From Gammaproteobacteria bacterium (GTDB lineage: Bacteria > Pseudomonadota > Gammaproteobacteria > Steroidobacterales > Rariloculaceae): a stretch of DNA of 64,000 nucleotides. Below the pieces are notes generated by a model that saw only the letters and a list, made by a program, of their open reading frames with translations, did no database searches and was not told the origin of the DNA. The position numbers and the translations under genes are program-made. The stretch covers positions 67,808 through 131,807 of the forward strand of contig JBJHBP010000004.1 of assembly GCA_050485545.1 (NCBI GenBank). The letters are read 5' to 3'. Each line of letters opens with the position of its first letter. The first letter of the stretch is position 1. Below are positions 32,457 through 44,165 of the stretch, piece by piece.

Positions 32457-32782
32457 GGATCACCCTCCCGGGTCAGCTGACGAATGGAACGGCACGAATG
32501 GATCACCGGCGGATACATGCCGGCCAGCGATTAACAGGGACAGGACACAGTGGCAGGTTAGCAGCAGGCATTATCCACTCCCACTCCCGTGGGCGCACCC
32601 ACTGCCGCCAAGCGCGGTCCCCAAACTCGTCCAACGGGTGTCCGGTCTACAAGATCCTGGCTGGCCAGATTCATGAAAGCGAGGCCATCGGCATCGTCAC
32701 GCCTTACATGTCGCCCACCGGCTGGGAATAACTACTGCCGTGCAGCTGAAATGACGGCGAATGACGCATATCATCGGCGTCC

Positions 32783-34729
<1,947 letters not shown>

Positions 34730-34733
34730 GCCA

Positions 34734-34756
34734 CCGGCCGGTTTGCTCGCGGCCGG
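34734..34756. terminator. GC-rich hairpin between the convergent acs and yggX stops (possible bidirectional terminator)
   Basis: 7-bp stem CCGGCCG/CGGCCGG with a 9-nt loop that fills the 28-nt gap between the two stop codons. There is no clear T-run. Confidence 0.35.
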
Positions 34757-34757
34757 C

Positions 34758-35024
34758 TTACTCCGGTTTGAAATCGGGCGGCGCTTCCGAACCGTCGCCG
34801 AAAAAGAACTTCTCCATTTCGGCCTCAAGGAATTTGCGCGCCTTGGGCTCGATCGGCACCAGCCGGTATTCGTTGATCAGCATGGTCTGGTGACCCAGCC
34901 AGCGCTTCCACGCCTGCCTGGACACGTTGTCGTACACCCGCTTGCCAAGTTCGCCCGGATAGGGGGGCTTGTCCAGACCCTCTGCTTCGGTGCCCAGCAC
35001 CACGCACTTCACCATTCGTGTCAC
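34758..35024 (-). CDS. yggX: Oxidative-damage protection / Fe(2+)-trafficking protein YggX
   Basis: [42 protein letters not shown] matches YggX. It lies directly downstream of mutY, as in many gammaproteobacteria. Confidence 0.9.
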   Translation of the reverse strand: MTRMVKCVVLGTEAEGLDKPPYPGELGKRVYDNVSRQAWKRWLGHQTMLINEYRLVPIEPKARKFLEAEMEKFFFGDGSEAPPDFKPE

Positions 35025-35041
35025 GAATTCGTTTTCCTGTT

Positions 35042-36190
35042 TTATTGCCTGCCAGCAGATCCGCCAGCTTCCGGCGCTTCGGCCAATGTGCGCAGCATTC
35101 GCTGCACCGGCGCCGGCAATCCCACCTGCCGCGAGCTGCCGTTATACCAGAGCCATCCATTCCCCTCCATTACCGCTGATGGTGCGGATGGAACGGAGGA
35201 CAGCTGGATCATTACGGGCCGCAGTTCCAGTTCGAAGTGGGTGAAGGCGTGCGAAAAGGCGGCCAGCGTCTGTTCATTGACAGCGTGTGCGCCCAGTATG
35301 CGCTGGCACCAGTGTGCGGCGCTGTCGTCGCCGGCAAGCTCGGGAAAGCTGTACAGACCGCCCCAGATGCCGCTGGGCGGACGCCGCTGCAGCAGCACGC
35401 GCCCCTGCTGATCGCGCACAATCAGTACCACAACACTGCGCGACGGTCGCCGCCGCTTCGGTCGTGCCGCGGGATAGCGACGCTGCGATTGCGTAGCACG
35501 CGCCACACAGCCATCCGCAAGTGGACACGCCTCGCAGCGCGGCCGCGCGCGCGTGCACACCATCGCCCCCAGATCCATGATCGCCTGCGTGTAGTCGCGC
35601 ACCCGATGCGTGGGCGTGTTCTGCTCGGCCAGCGCCCACAGCTCGCGCGCGACGCCCGTCTCGCCCGGCCAGCCATCGACGGCGTGATAACGCGTCAGCA
35701 CGCGCTTCACGTTGCCGTCCAGAATCGGCAGACGCTGCTCGTGCACCTGCGCCAGTATCGCGCCGGCCGTGGAACGACCTATGCCGGGCAGGGCAACCAG
35801 CTGATCATAGCTATCCGGCAGTTCCCCGCCATGTTCGTTCATGACCTGCTGCGCAGCCCTGTGCAGACTGCGTGCCCGCGCGTAGTAACCCAGTCCCGAC
35901 CACAGGGCCAGCACCTCGTCGATCGGTGCGCCGGCAAGTCCGGCCACATCCGTGAAACGTGCAACGAATCGCTCGAAGTACGGTATCACCGTGGCCAGCT
36001 GCGTCTGTTGCAGCATCACTTCGGAAACCCAGACACGATAGGCGCTGCGCTGAACCTGCCACGGCAGCGTGTGACGGCCGTGCCGCTCATACCAGGGCAG
36101 CAGCCGGGGCGCGATCGCCGGTGCAGAGGTGGGTGCAGGGCCAGCGTCGTGTTGCAAAGCCGGCTGCGCAGTTGCCGATGCGCTGACCAC
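35042..36190 (-). CDS. mutY: A/G-specific adenine DNA glycosylase
   Basis: LPWQ...[14 protein letters not shown], the HhH-GPD block [12 protein letters not shown], an Fe-S cluster Cys block ([17 protein letters not shown]), and a NUDIX-like C-terminal domain. Confidence 0.92.
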   Translation of the reverse strand: MVSASATAQPALQHDAGPAPTSAPAIAPRLLPWYERHGRHTLPWQVQRSAYRVWVSEVMLQQTQLATVIPYFERFVARFTDVAGLAGAPIDEVLALWSGLGYYARARSLHRAAQQVMNEHGGELPDSYDQLVALPGIGRSTAGAILAQVHEQRLPILDGNVKRVLTRYHAVDGWPGETGVARELWALAEQNTPTHRVRDYTQAIMDLGAMVCTRARPRCEACPLADGCVARATQSQRRYPAARPKRRRPSRSVVVLIVRDQQGRVLLQRRPPSGIWGGLYSFPELAGDDSAAHWCQRILGAHAVNEQTLAAFSHAFTHFELELRPVMIQLSSVPSAPSAVMEGNGWLWYNGSSRQVGLPAPVQRMLRTLAEAPEAGGSAGRQ

Positions 36191-36192
36191 TG

Positions 36193-36777
36193 TCAGTCGG
36201 CGAGTGCGTAACCGCCATCAAGCTCCTGTGCCAGTCGTTCGATCCGCTCGACGGCACGCGCGCCGCCAGCCATCAAACGCCGCTTGAGCACCCACGGCCC
36301 GATCACCGGTGGCACGAAGAAGTCCGGCTCCATCGCCAGCCGGTACGTGACACGGGTACCGTATTCTTCAGGCTCGAGCAGCCACTCGGCCTGGCTGTAA
36401 TGAAAGTCGCTCTGCTCCGGCAGCGCGGTGGTGCGTATCCAGTTCGGCCAGCGCGTTTCCAGGCGCTCCACCCGGCGCATGTTCATGCATACGAACATCA
36501 CGCAGCCTTCCACGCGCGTGAACACCATCGGCGTGCCATCGTCGGCCGGCTCCAGATAGCCGCTTTCCTTATAGATGCTGGAAATGCGATCCAGACCGTC
36601 ATAGTCGACCAGCACCTCAAAAATCGCTTCGGCCGGCGCGTTCATCAGCACATCGGCAACCAGTTCGTAACGACCGGCATCGCGGCTGATCTCCAGGCTT
36701 TTCATTTCGGCCGACCACACGGGAACGACGGCGGCCGCTGCGGCTGCGGCTGTCAGCAATGTGATTCGCCTGAACAT
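36193..36777 (-). CDS. Secreted SRPBCC (polyketide cyclase/START-like) family protein
   Basis: Signal peptide MFRRITLLTAAAAAAAVVPVWSA, then an SRPBCC-like fold sequence of about 170 aa. Confidence 0.55.
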   Translation of the reverse strand: MFRRITLLTAAAAAAAVVPVWSAEMKSLEISRDAGRYELVADVLMNAPAEAIFEVLVDYDGLDRISSIYKESGYLEPADDGTPMVFTRVEGCVMFVCMNMRRVERLETRWPNWIRTTALPEQSDFHYSQAEWLLEPEEYGTRVTYRLAMEPDFFVPPVIGPWVLKRRLMAGGARAVERIERLAQELDGGYALAD

Positions 36778-36870
36778 CGTTACGCCCTCGTGAGACATCG
36801 TGCCCGGGAGCACCCGGAGCACCCGGAGCTTACACAATCAGTTGCGATGTCACCCGTGCGCCGTCCGGCG

Positions 36871-38934
36871 CTACCGGTCGAACAGGCCGCGAATCCTGTC
36901 CTGAAGCCGTTCCGTGGCCTCCTCGCGCTCCTCTTCGAGGCGTTCGCGCACCTCCTGCTCGGCACGCGAGCGCACCACCGCGGCGAAGTCCGGCCGCACC
37001 GAAGGCTCCGCCAGCGTGCCGCCCACCCGCAGCGGCAGCTCAAGGCCCGCCAGGCTGGTCATGGCCGGATCCGACTGCAGCACTTCGCCATCCACCATGC
37101 GCGCCACGAGATCGAAGTCCATCGCATCGGTCAGCAGATTCACCGTGCCGCTCCCGTTCACAACCATGAAAGGCAGCGTTGCGTTGAGATCGCGATTGGT
37201 GAGCACCGCATCCTCGATCACGCCGGATGCGGACACCGCACTGAACGGCGTGCGCCGCGTCCCCTCGCGTGCCGGCGCCGGATTGCCATCCAGCACCGCC
37301 CGCGCGCGGCGCAGCTCGTACCACACGTCGAAACCTTCCCAGGCGCCGTCGCGCAGCGTGAATGACACGTCGCCGGCGAGCACCTGGCGCATCTGGCCGA
37401 CATTGGAACCGCTGGCGGTAAGATCCAGTCGCGCACCGGCGGTGCCGGAGACCATCTCCGATTCGACGAAGTCACGCGCCAGCGGCAGGATGTCCACGCC
37501 GTCCAGCTGTTGCACCAGCCGCATCCGCGCCGCATCGCCGCCTACCTCGAATGTGATCTCACCGTTGGCGGTGCCGCCATACAGTGAAGCGCGCGGCGCC
37601 AGCACCACGCGGCCGTTACCGGCATTCAGTGCGAATACCGCGTCGCTGAGCCGCATCCCGAGGAACTGTGCGCTGGCGAGCCGCAACTCACCGCGCGCGT
37701 CCAGCGTGCGCAGCACCTCCAGGGGCAGATCGACCTCATCCAGCGAACCTTCGTCGTCGCCGGATCGCGCATCCGAGGCCGGCGGCAGATAGCGATCGAC
37801 GTTGATCTCGGTCACCGCCAGCTCGAACCGCAGCGTTTCGCGTTCAACGCCGGCGAATCCCGTCAGCGTGGAGTCATCGAGCGTGAACTGCATGTCGCGC
37901 AGTGCGATCTGATTGGCGTCGTACACGAAGCTGGCGTTCGCGGCAGCACGGCGCAGCACATCGCGGTCGGCGGTGTCCACGTCCACACCAAGGCGACCGA
38001 GCAGATCGCGCGGGCTGAACTCGGCAATCTCCACAGCGCCGTTGAGACTGAGGCTGCTCATCAGCTGGCGGCCGCTGAGCGAGCCGCGCGCGCTGACGCC
38101 AAGCATGTCCAGAACGAGGTTTTCGAGCGCGAGAGTTTCGGCACCGAGATCGGCCTGCAGCGACTCAAGACGCAGCCGCGCATCGCCCTGACCCCCGGGC
38201 CACGCCTCGCCGCTGCCGGACAGACGCACATCCAGGCCGTCCAGCCGGTAGCGGTTGTTGACCAGCGACAGCAGCGCATCGGCGCGCACGTCCACCGCCA
38301 CTTCCACGGCGTCGCCGGCAAGACCGAAACTCATGCGGATCGGAAACGTCACATCCGGCCCGAAGCCCGACGCCTGCATATTGAAGCTGCTGAGCTGCCA
38401 GCGGCTGCCGCTGGCCGCATCGTTCCAGTTCACCTGCGCGTTGACGATGCTGATGACATCCACATCGAGGTCGAAGTCGGCGCCGGAACCGCTGGTCTGC
38501 GGCGCATCATCGGCCTGCGCCCGCTCCGCGGCTTCACCGATGTCCTGCCAGTTGGTGCGTCCCTGGGCGTTGCGCGCCAGATTCAGCACCAGGCCTTCCA
38601 GGCGTGCCTCGTCGATCTCCACCCGCCGTGACAGCAGCGGCAGCAGCGCCAGCTGCAGGCGCGCGGACTGGATGCGTGCGAAGGGCTCGCCGCCGAAGCC
38701 GGCCGCGTTGCCGAGCGACGCCTCACCCACCGCGATGCGCAGACGCGGGAAGATCTCCAGCTCCAGGTCGCCCTCCAGCGTCAGCTGGCGGCCGGTATTG
38801 CGCTCAACCGCCGCGGCGATGTCGTCCTTGTAGTCGTTGGGGTCGACCAGCAGCGACAGGCCCAGCATCAGTGCCACAAACAGCACCAGCACCGCCGCTA
38901 TGACCATGCCTATCAGTTTGATTATGCGTCCCAT
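36871..38934 (-). CDS. asmA: AsmA family outer-membrane assembly protein
   Basis: N-terminal anchor MGRIIKLIGMVIAAVLVLFVALMLG, a DPNDYKDDIAAAVERNTGRQLTLEGDLELEIFP block, and a long beta-rich repetitive body. Lies next to mutY, as is common. Confidence 0.8.
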   Translation of the reverse strand: MGRIIKLIGMVIAAVLVLFVALMLGLSLLVDPNDYKDDIAAAVERNTGRQLTLEGDLELEIFPRLRIAVGEASLGNAAGFGGEPFARIQSARLQLALLPLLSRRVEIDEARLEGLVLNLARNAQGRTNWQDIGEAAERAQADDAPQTSGSGADFDLDVDVISIVNAQVNWNDAASGSRWQLSSFNMQASGFGPDVTFPIRMSFGLAGDAVEVAVDVRADALLSLVNNRYRLDGLDVRLSGSGEAWPGGQGDARLRLESLQADLGAETLALENLVLDMLGVSARGSLSGRQLMSSLSLNGAVEIAEFSPRDLLGRLGVDVDTADRDVLRRAAANASFVYDANQIALRDMQFTLDDSTLTGFAGVERETLRFELAVTEINVDRYLPPASDARSGDDEGSLDEVDLPLEVLRTLDARGELRLASAQFLGMRLSDAVFALNAGNGRVVLAPRASLYGGTANGEITFEVGGDAARMRLVQQLDGVDILPLARDFVESEMVSGTAGARLDLTASGSNVGQMRQVLAGDVSFTLRDGAWEGFDVWYELRRARAVLDGNPAPAREGTRRTPFSAVSASGVIEDAVLTNRDLNATLPFMVVNGSGTVNLLTDAMDFDLVARMVDGEVLQSDPAMTSLAGLELPLRVGGTLAEPSVRPDFAAVVRSRAEQEVRERLEEEREEATERLQDRIRGLFDR

Positions 38935-39017
38935 GAGCCTGTCCCTTCTGTCTGCGGGTTCGCCAAGGCGGCGGCTTGATCGTAACAAGGTTCAACGGTA
39001 CGGCATAACCGTCGCTG

Positions 39018-39041
39018 GAATGCGAATGCGAATGCGAGTGC
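39018..39041. repeat. Hexanucleotide tandem repeat (GAATGC x3 + GAGTGC)
   Basis: Read directly at 39018-39041 in the intergenic region about 85-105 nt upstream of the asmA start. Confidence 0.8.
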
Positions 39042-39184
39042 GCCGCAGCCTGGCCGGCCATGTTCCGCTACGGACCCGGGGCGGCTCCCGGAGCCAGCAA
39101 CTCTCGGCGGATGGCCATCAGCCCGAAAGGCAGAATGCCCTGTCCTTGAATGCAGTGCGATTCAGCATCGGATCTTCAGTGTGC

Positions 39185-39967
39185 TCAGAAGCGCCAGGTT
39201 GCGCCGACCAGCGGGCCGCTCATGCGGACATCGATGCGGGCGCCCGAATCACGATAATCGAGCTCCAGATGACGGTAGCCGGCAGACAGATAGAGCCGGT
39301 CGTTGAAACTGTAGTTGGCCGTGCCGAGCCACTGCGCCGTCAGCTTCGATCCAACACTGAATCCGCCAATGTCACCGTAAAGAACTGCCGACCAGCGTGA
39401 TGCCGGCACGATGTGAATCCGTACGGCGAGAATCGGATCGGTGAATTCAAGGCCCTGAGATCGGCTGAGCGCACCGCCGGCGATATCGACGACGCCACGT
39501 ACCGACCATGAGCGCAAGCCGCCGAGAACGTCGACGTTCACGCCCGGTTCGCTGACAACTCTGTAGCCCCCCGCAAGAGTTGCCGATATCTGTCTCAGTC
39601 TGCCGGACGCCGGCGCAGGCCCCACGCCCGGGACCAGTGCGATCCCGGAACGGGAAGACGATACGTAGCTGAAGTCACCCAGCAGCACGAACCGATCACG
39701 GCGCGCATACCCTGAAACGAAGACTGCGGCGTCCAGGTTTTCGAGAACCTCAGAGAACGACTCGTTGAACTCGATTGTTGGCGCCCCGGTGAACGGCCGG
39801 ATCGAGCCGCCGATACCCGATGCCCAGACATAGGGCGAGACCTGAGCCGACCAGCCAGGTTCTGGTTCCTGCGCCTTCGCGGGCCCGGCGATCCAGATCG
39901 CCAGCAGGATGAACGGCAGCGCGATGTTCGCGCGATTGCGGCCCGACCTGTGCTTCGCGTGGTTCAT
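39185..39967 (-). CDS. Outer-membrane beta-barrel protein
   Basis: Signal peptide (ILLAIWIAGPAKAQ), alternating amphipathic beta-strand pattern, and the C-terminal ...GATWRF typical of OMPs. The start overlaps the upstream amidohydrolase stop (ATGA). Confidence 0.65.
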   Translation of the reverse strand: MNHAKHRSGRNRANIALPFILLAIWIAGPAKAQEPEPGWSAQVSPYVWASGIGGSIRPFTGAPTIEFNESFSEVLENLDAAVFVSGYARRDRFVLLGDFSYVSSSRSGIALVPGVGPAPASGRLRQISATLAGGYRVVSEPGVNVDVLGGLRSWSVRGVVDIAGGALSRSQGLEFTDPILAVRIHIVPASRWSAVLYGDIGGFSVGSKLTAQWLGTANYSFNDRLYLSAGYRHLELDYRDSGARIDVRMSGPLVGATWRF

Positions 39968-41421
39968 AGCGCATCCCTGAAAATTCGCCCACCCTTCATG
40001 ATCAGCCGCAGGGTATTCCGGGGATCACCCAGCCAGCTCAGATCGGTTTCCGGATCGCCATCGACGACCAGCAGGTCGGCAAGGGCGTTTGGCTCGATCA
40101 CACCCAGGCGCCCGTCGTAGGGTGAGCGCGCCCCCGACAGCGCGAGCAGTTCTCCGGCCGCGCCCGTGGCGCGATGGAGCGCATCGAGCGGAGACATGAA
40201 TCGCGCCAGTTTCGCAAGTTGCCGGCCCTGACTCTCGCCCCCGTTCGCACTGAAAAGAATATCCGTCCCGAAGGCATAGTTGACGCGGCGGCGCTCGGCC
40301 AGCTCGAAAGCACGTACCGTGCCTTCGGAAACCTGCTGCTGCTTGGCGATGGATTCCGCGTCCGAATACTGGTTCGCATCTTCGTCGGCGAGAAAGGGCT
40401 GGATGCTCCACCAGACGCCGTTGTCGGCCATCATCCTCACCGTCCTGTCGTCGGCAAGCTGACCATGTTCGATCGACTTCACACCCGCGGCAATGCAGCG
40501 CTGGATGCCTTGTGATGTGTACACGTGAGCGCAGACATACGTACCCCAGTCTTCGGCCGCCTCAACCGCGGAGCGGATCTCGCGCTCCGTAAACTGTGTG
40601 GCGTCGAGAGGATCGTAAAGCGACGCCACCCCACCACCAGCCATGATCTTGATCTGACTTGCGCCCTGCATCAGCTGTTCGCGGACGCGTCGCAGCACCT
40701 CGTCGGCGCCGTCGGCGATGACGGCGACACCCGCCGTCTCGGTGTAGTCAGGTGCACTGGATGGCATACGCGGCAATGTGTTCAGCAGCCGGAAGTCTCC
40801 ATGGCCGGAGGTCTGCGAGATCATTGCCCCGGATGGGAAGATGCGCGGCCCGCTCACCACCCCGCGGTCGATCGCCAGCTTCAGGCCGAACGCCGGGCCG
40901 CCGACGTCGCGAACCGTAGTGAAGCCCCGCATCAGCGTTGCACCGGCTTCACGGCCCGCCATCAGGTGGACGAAGCCAATGTCCTGTGTCAGCGCGGCAA
41001 TCTGGCTAACGGCAACGAGCGTCGCGTGCCAGTGCATGTCGATCAGGCCGGGAATCACCGCCCGACCGCCACAATCGATGAGCTCGGCGTGCTCCGGTCC
41101 TTCGCCGCGAGCGGGCAGCGCGGCGATGAATCCATCCTGAACGAGGATGTCGACACCCTCCCGCATGACGCGTCTGATGCCGTCGAACAGGCGCAGGTTC
41201 GTCAGCAGCAGCGGCCGTCCTGGAGTCTGTGCGCGAACCTCTCGGGGCTTCAGACCAAAACCCGCGAAAAGGCCCACCACGGCCGCCGAACCGCCGATGA
41301 ACCGCCTGCGGGACAGGTCGGCATGAATACGCCGGAATGCAGCCTGGGTGGCCGGGGCGCCGCAGTGACAACAGTCTGACCCGGCCGTGACGGACGCACC
41401 GTGAACACATTCGATGGACAT
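39964..41421 (-). CDS. Amidohydrolase family protein with Tat-type signal and Cys/His-rich N-terminus
   Basis: SRRRFIGGSAAVVGLFAG twin-arginine motif, a DMHWH metal-binding motif, and Amidohydro_1-like blocks. The ATG at 41421 was chosen; the longer tracked ORF has an implausible N-terminus. Confidence 0.75.
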   Translation of the reverse strand: MSIECVHGASVTAGSDCCHCGAPATQAAFRRIHADLSRRRFIGGSAAVVGLFAGFGLKPREVRAQTPGRPLLLTNLRLFDGIRRVMREGVDILVQDGFIAALPARGEGPEHAELIDCGGRAVIPGLIDMHWHATLVAVSQIAALTQDIGFVHLMAGREAGATLMRGFTTVRDVGGPAFGLKLAIDRGVVSGPRIFPSGAMISQTSGHGDFRLLNTLPRMPSSAPDYTETAGVAVIADGADEVLRRVREQLMQGASQIKIMAGGGVASLYDPLDATQFTEREIRSAVEAAEDWGTYVCAHVYTSQGIQRCIAAGVKSIEHGQLADDRTVRMMADNGVWWSIQPFLADEDANQYSDAESIAKQQQVSEGTVRAFELAERRRVNYAFGTDILFSANGGESQGRQLAKLARFMSPLDALHRATGAAGELLALSGARSPYDGRLGVIEPNALADLLVVDGDPETDLSWLGDPRNTLRLIMKGGRIFRDAL

Positions 41422-41902
41422 ACAGTCACACTCCTCTAGTGGACACTCTGGCAGCACGCCTCTCCAAGCGGCCCTTGCGCCGAGCTTCGCGGGCCTGGTT
41501 ATCGTCGGTTGCGCCAGCACTGCCGGAGCACGGCTGCGCTGCGTCGAACCGCCCAAGATGCGCGCGAATTCTCACGCTTTCTGAATATACAGATTTTCTG
41601 GTTCCGGTACAGAGCGGCGATGTTCCCGGTGTCGGTGGCGGGCACGCCGCAGGCCCTCATTTGGGAGTGGTGCGATCGACCCGTCGGCCGCATACTGCCG
41701 GCTCGGAATCCGGCGGCGTTACGGCGTTGCGGCGTGTTCATGACGGACCGTCTGCGTGACGGGCAGCCAGGAATCTGATGGGTGACAGTCGCGCCGCTGT
41801 CCAAGCAAACCACCGTTGAAACGAGGCCTGCACATGCACCAACACTTCACATCACAAGCCCCCGCAACAGGAGTCGCGTCAGAACGGCGCCGGGCACAGG
41901 GC

Positions 41903-42328
41903 ATGCATTCGCGCCGCCATCGTGGTGCGCTCAGAACCGCAGGCATCCTGACGTGCCTGATGGGGTTCGCGCTGGCCGCCTGCTCGTCCGGTCCGCAACC
42001 CATGGACAGAACCTTCAATGGGGTATTCACCAGCAGTACCCCACGCCTGCAACTCGACGATTCGCCGTACATCGATTACCCGTTCGAGGCGGACGCGGGC
42101 TGGCAGATCACGATCGACATGATGAGTGATGAAGTCGACGCGTTCCTGCACCTGCTGAACTCCGCTGGCGAGACACTGAGTACCGATGACGACGGCGGTG
42201 CCGGACTCAATGCACATATACGCTTCACCGTGCCCGCACGCGGCTCCTACGTTGCGCGCGCGAACACCTACGACTCGTCGGATCTCGGCGCGTACACGAT
42301 CAGGATCCAGTCGGCACCATCGCAATAG
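41903..42328 (+). CDS. Hypothetical lipoprotein with pre-peptidase-C-terminal (PPC)-like beta domain
   Basis: Lipobox FALAAC, then a segment resembling PPC/collagenase-type beta-sandwich domains (YPFEADAGWQITIDMMSDEVDAFLHLLNSAGETLSTDDDGG...YTIRI). The start is uncertain (41816/41834/41903). Confidence 0.45.
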   Translation: MHSRRHRGALRTAGILTCLMGFALAACSSGPQPMDRTFNGVFTSSTPRLQLDDSPYIDYPFEADAGWQITIDMMSDEVDAFLHLLNSAGETLSTDDDGGAGLNAHIRFTVPARGSYVARANTYDSSDLGAYTIRIQSAPSQ

Positions 42329-42350
42329 GGCTGCGGCAATAGGGCTGCGG
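42323..42350. repeat. 14-bp perfect tandem duplication (CAATAGGGCTGCGG x2) spanning the lipoprotein stop codon
   Basis: Read directly. The first unit contains the TAG stop at 42326-42328. Confidence 0.8.
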
Positions 42351-42404
42351 CGGTCAGCACTTTCGGGTGCGCCAGAATTCCTTGAATTCAGGCGAAAGGG
42401 GGGT

Positions 42405-42718
42405 GAACAGGCAATCAGGCGCCTGGGCGCAAACCTGCGCACGGCCCGGCTACGCAGCAATCTGACCATCGAGGGCGTGGCCGATAGGATCGGCACCGGT
42501 CGCCACGCCACCAGGCGTGCCGTGTGTGGTGCAGCCGGGTGCTGCTGTCGGCCGCCGTGAGCACGGCGATACCAGACACGGCGGTTTCGTGCTATCTGAG
42601 ATCCGTGTCGGAGCGTACGTTTCCCCTGCAAGAAGGCCGTCGCCCTGGTCATGGCCAGGTTGCATTGAGCACGGCGTGGACGAGCACATCCCCTCGCCGG
42701 ATTGACCGGCGCGGATGA
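42405..42718 (+). pseudogene. Possible decayed XRE/HipB-like helix-turn-helix gene
   Basis: The frame at 42405-42520 encodes EQAIRRLGANLRTARLRSNLTIEGVADRIGTGR, which resembles the HTH_3 N-terminus. There is no usable start codon. The expected continuation (..VLLSAAVSTAIPD..) appears only in another frame. Confidence 0.3.
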
Positions 42719-42803
42719 ATGATTGCCAGAACGCAACACGAGCGACCCAATATCAAATGACCGGCTCTCGCATGAAGCTGACGCTGGATGGAGAAGAAGC
42801 ACA

Positions 42804-44063
42804 ATGAGCAACAAGTGGCCCCGACTTGACTACCTCAACTGGCGTGAGACGTGCTCGGCGCTACATCTTTATTTGCAGATCGCCGGCAAGTACCGTCTTG
42901 CGCATTCGCCCTGGCTCAACCACTCCTGGAACGCGACCTTCTACGTCACACCGCTCGGCCTGACCTCCTCGCCGATCCCCGACGGCCCGGGCATCGAGAT
43001 TTCGTTCGATCTTCACGAACATCAGGTCGTCGGCACCTGCGGCAACGGTCGCAAGGCGTCGTTCGCGCTCGCGCCGACCACGGTCGCGGCGTTCCGCGCC
43101 GACTTCGTGCAGCTGATTAATGACCTTGGGGGCACGCCGACCTTCAGCGACACGCCGAACGAGGTGCCCAACCCCATCCCGTTCAGCAAGGATCATCGCG
43201 ACCGGCCCTATGACAGGGAAGCCGTGCAGCGCTACCACCAGGCCCTGGTGGCGGCCGACAGGGTATTCAACAGGTTCCGAACGTCCTTTCTCGGCAAGTC
43301 CAGTCCCGTTCACCTGTTCTGGGGGGCTCTGGATCTCGCGATCACCCGCTTCTCGGGTCGGCGCGCGCCACTACACCCTGCCGGCATCCCGACCCTGCCG
43401 GACGACGTGGCCCAGGAAGCCTACGATCGCGAAGTGTCTTCGGCAGGTTTCTGGCCGGGCGGCAATGGCATCGACTATCCCGCTTTCTACGCCTACGCCT
43501 ATCCGGCGCCGAACGGTTACCGGGCCGCGCCGGTCCAGCCCGATGCGGCGTTCTGGAGTGACGGGCTGTCGGAATTCATGCTGCCCTACGATGCCGTGCA
43601 GAGTGCGGCCGATCCCGATGAGGCCTTGATGGCTTTCCTGGTCACGACCTACGAGGCCGCCGCCGACCTCGGCGGATGGGACCGCGATCTGCTGGAGTGT
43701 TCGCCCGGACAGCCGCGCACGGTGCGGCCCGCGGATGCCGAACGGGCGCAGGATTCGTCCGCGGGCATCGACGGCACTGTCGAGCGGGAAGATGGTGAAT
43801 CGAAGGGACGTTACCGACTGGTTGTCGACGGCGTCGAGGCCGAGATGACCTACAGCCGTGCCGGCGACGGGCTGATCATCATCGACCACACCGAAATCCC
43901 GGCGGTGTTGCGTGGCCGCAAGGTCGGAGAGCGGCTGGTGCAACAGGCGGTCGAGGACGCACGACGCGACGGCGTTGCCATCGTTCCGCTTTGCCCGTTC
44001 GCGAAGGCGCAGATCGACCGCCATCCGGAATGGCAGGACGTGTTGCATCGGTCAAAGGCCTGA
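42804..44063 (+). CDS. DUF5996 domain protein fused to a C-terminal GNAT (YjdJ/Acetyltransf_CG-type) domain
   Basis: The N-terminal 300 aa match DUF5996 (WPRLDYLNWRETCSALHLYLQIAGKYRLA, SPVHLFWGALDLAITRFSGRRAP, GFWPGG). The C-terminal 90 aa match the minimal GNAT (IIIDHTEIPAVLRGRKVGERLV...IVPLCPFAKAQIDRHPEWQDVL). Confidence 0.7.
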   Translation: MSNKWPRLDYLNWRETCSALHLYLQIAGKYRLAHSPWLNHSWNATFYVTPLGLTSSPIPDGPGIEISFDLHEHQVVGTCGNGRKASFALAPTTVAAFRADFVQLINDLGGTPTFSDTPNEVPNPIPFSKDHRDRPYDREAVQRYHQALVAADRVFNRFRTSFLGKSSPVHLFWGALDLAITRFSGRRAPLHPAGIPTLPDDVAQEAYDREVSSAGFWPGGNGIDYPAFYAYAYPAPNGYRAAPVQPDAAFWSDGLSEFMLPYDAVQSAADPDEALMAFLVTTYEAAADLGGWDRDLLECSPGQPRTVRPADAERAQDSSAGIDGTVEREDGESKGRYRLVVDGVEAEMTYSRAGDGLIIIDHTEIPAVLRGRKVGERLVQQAVEDARRDGVAIVPLCPFAKAQIDRHPEWQDVLHRSKA

Positions 44064-44165
44064 CGTCCACCGAAGATCGTCACAACCTGGCTACGGACGC
44101 AAGCGCCATGCCGTCCGTGCCAGGGGCGCCTTGAAATCGTAGCCGCAAGCCGTGTCTCGCGACCG

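Noticed and set aside
39018-39041. Short tandem repeats (39018-39041, 42323-42350, and the GAGTTGGGCC duplication near 20720-20745) as a CRISPR array or minisatellite.
   Set aside because: The units are 6-14 nt with 2-4 copies and no spacers, far from CRISPR architecture. They are listed only as simple repeats.
41580-41593. TCTGAATATACAGA palindrome as a possible LexA (SOS) box.
   Set aside because: The spacing is CTG-N6-CAG rather than the CTG-N10-CAG of gammaproteobacterial LexA boxes. It is a single occurrence in a long intergenic region, and no SOS gene is adjacent.
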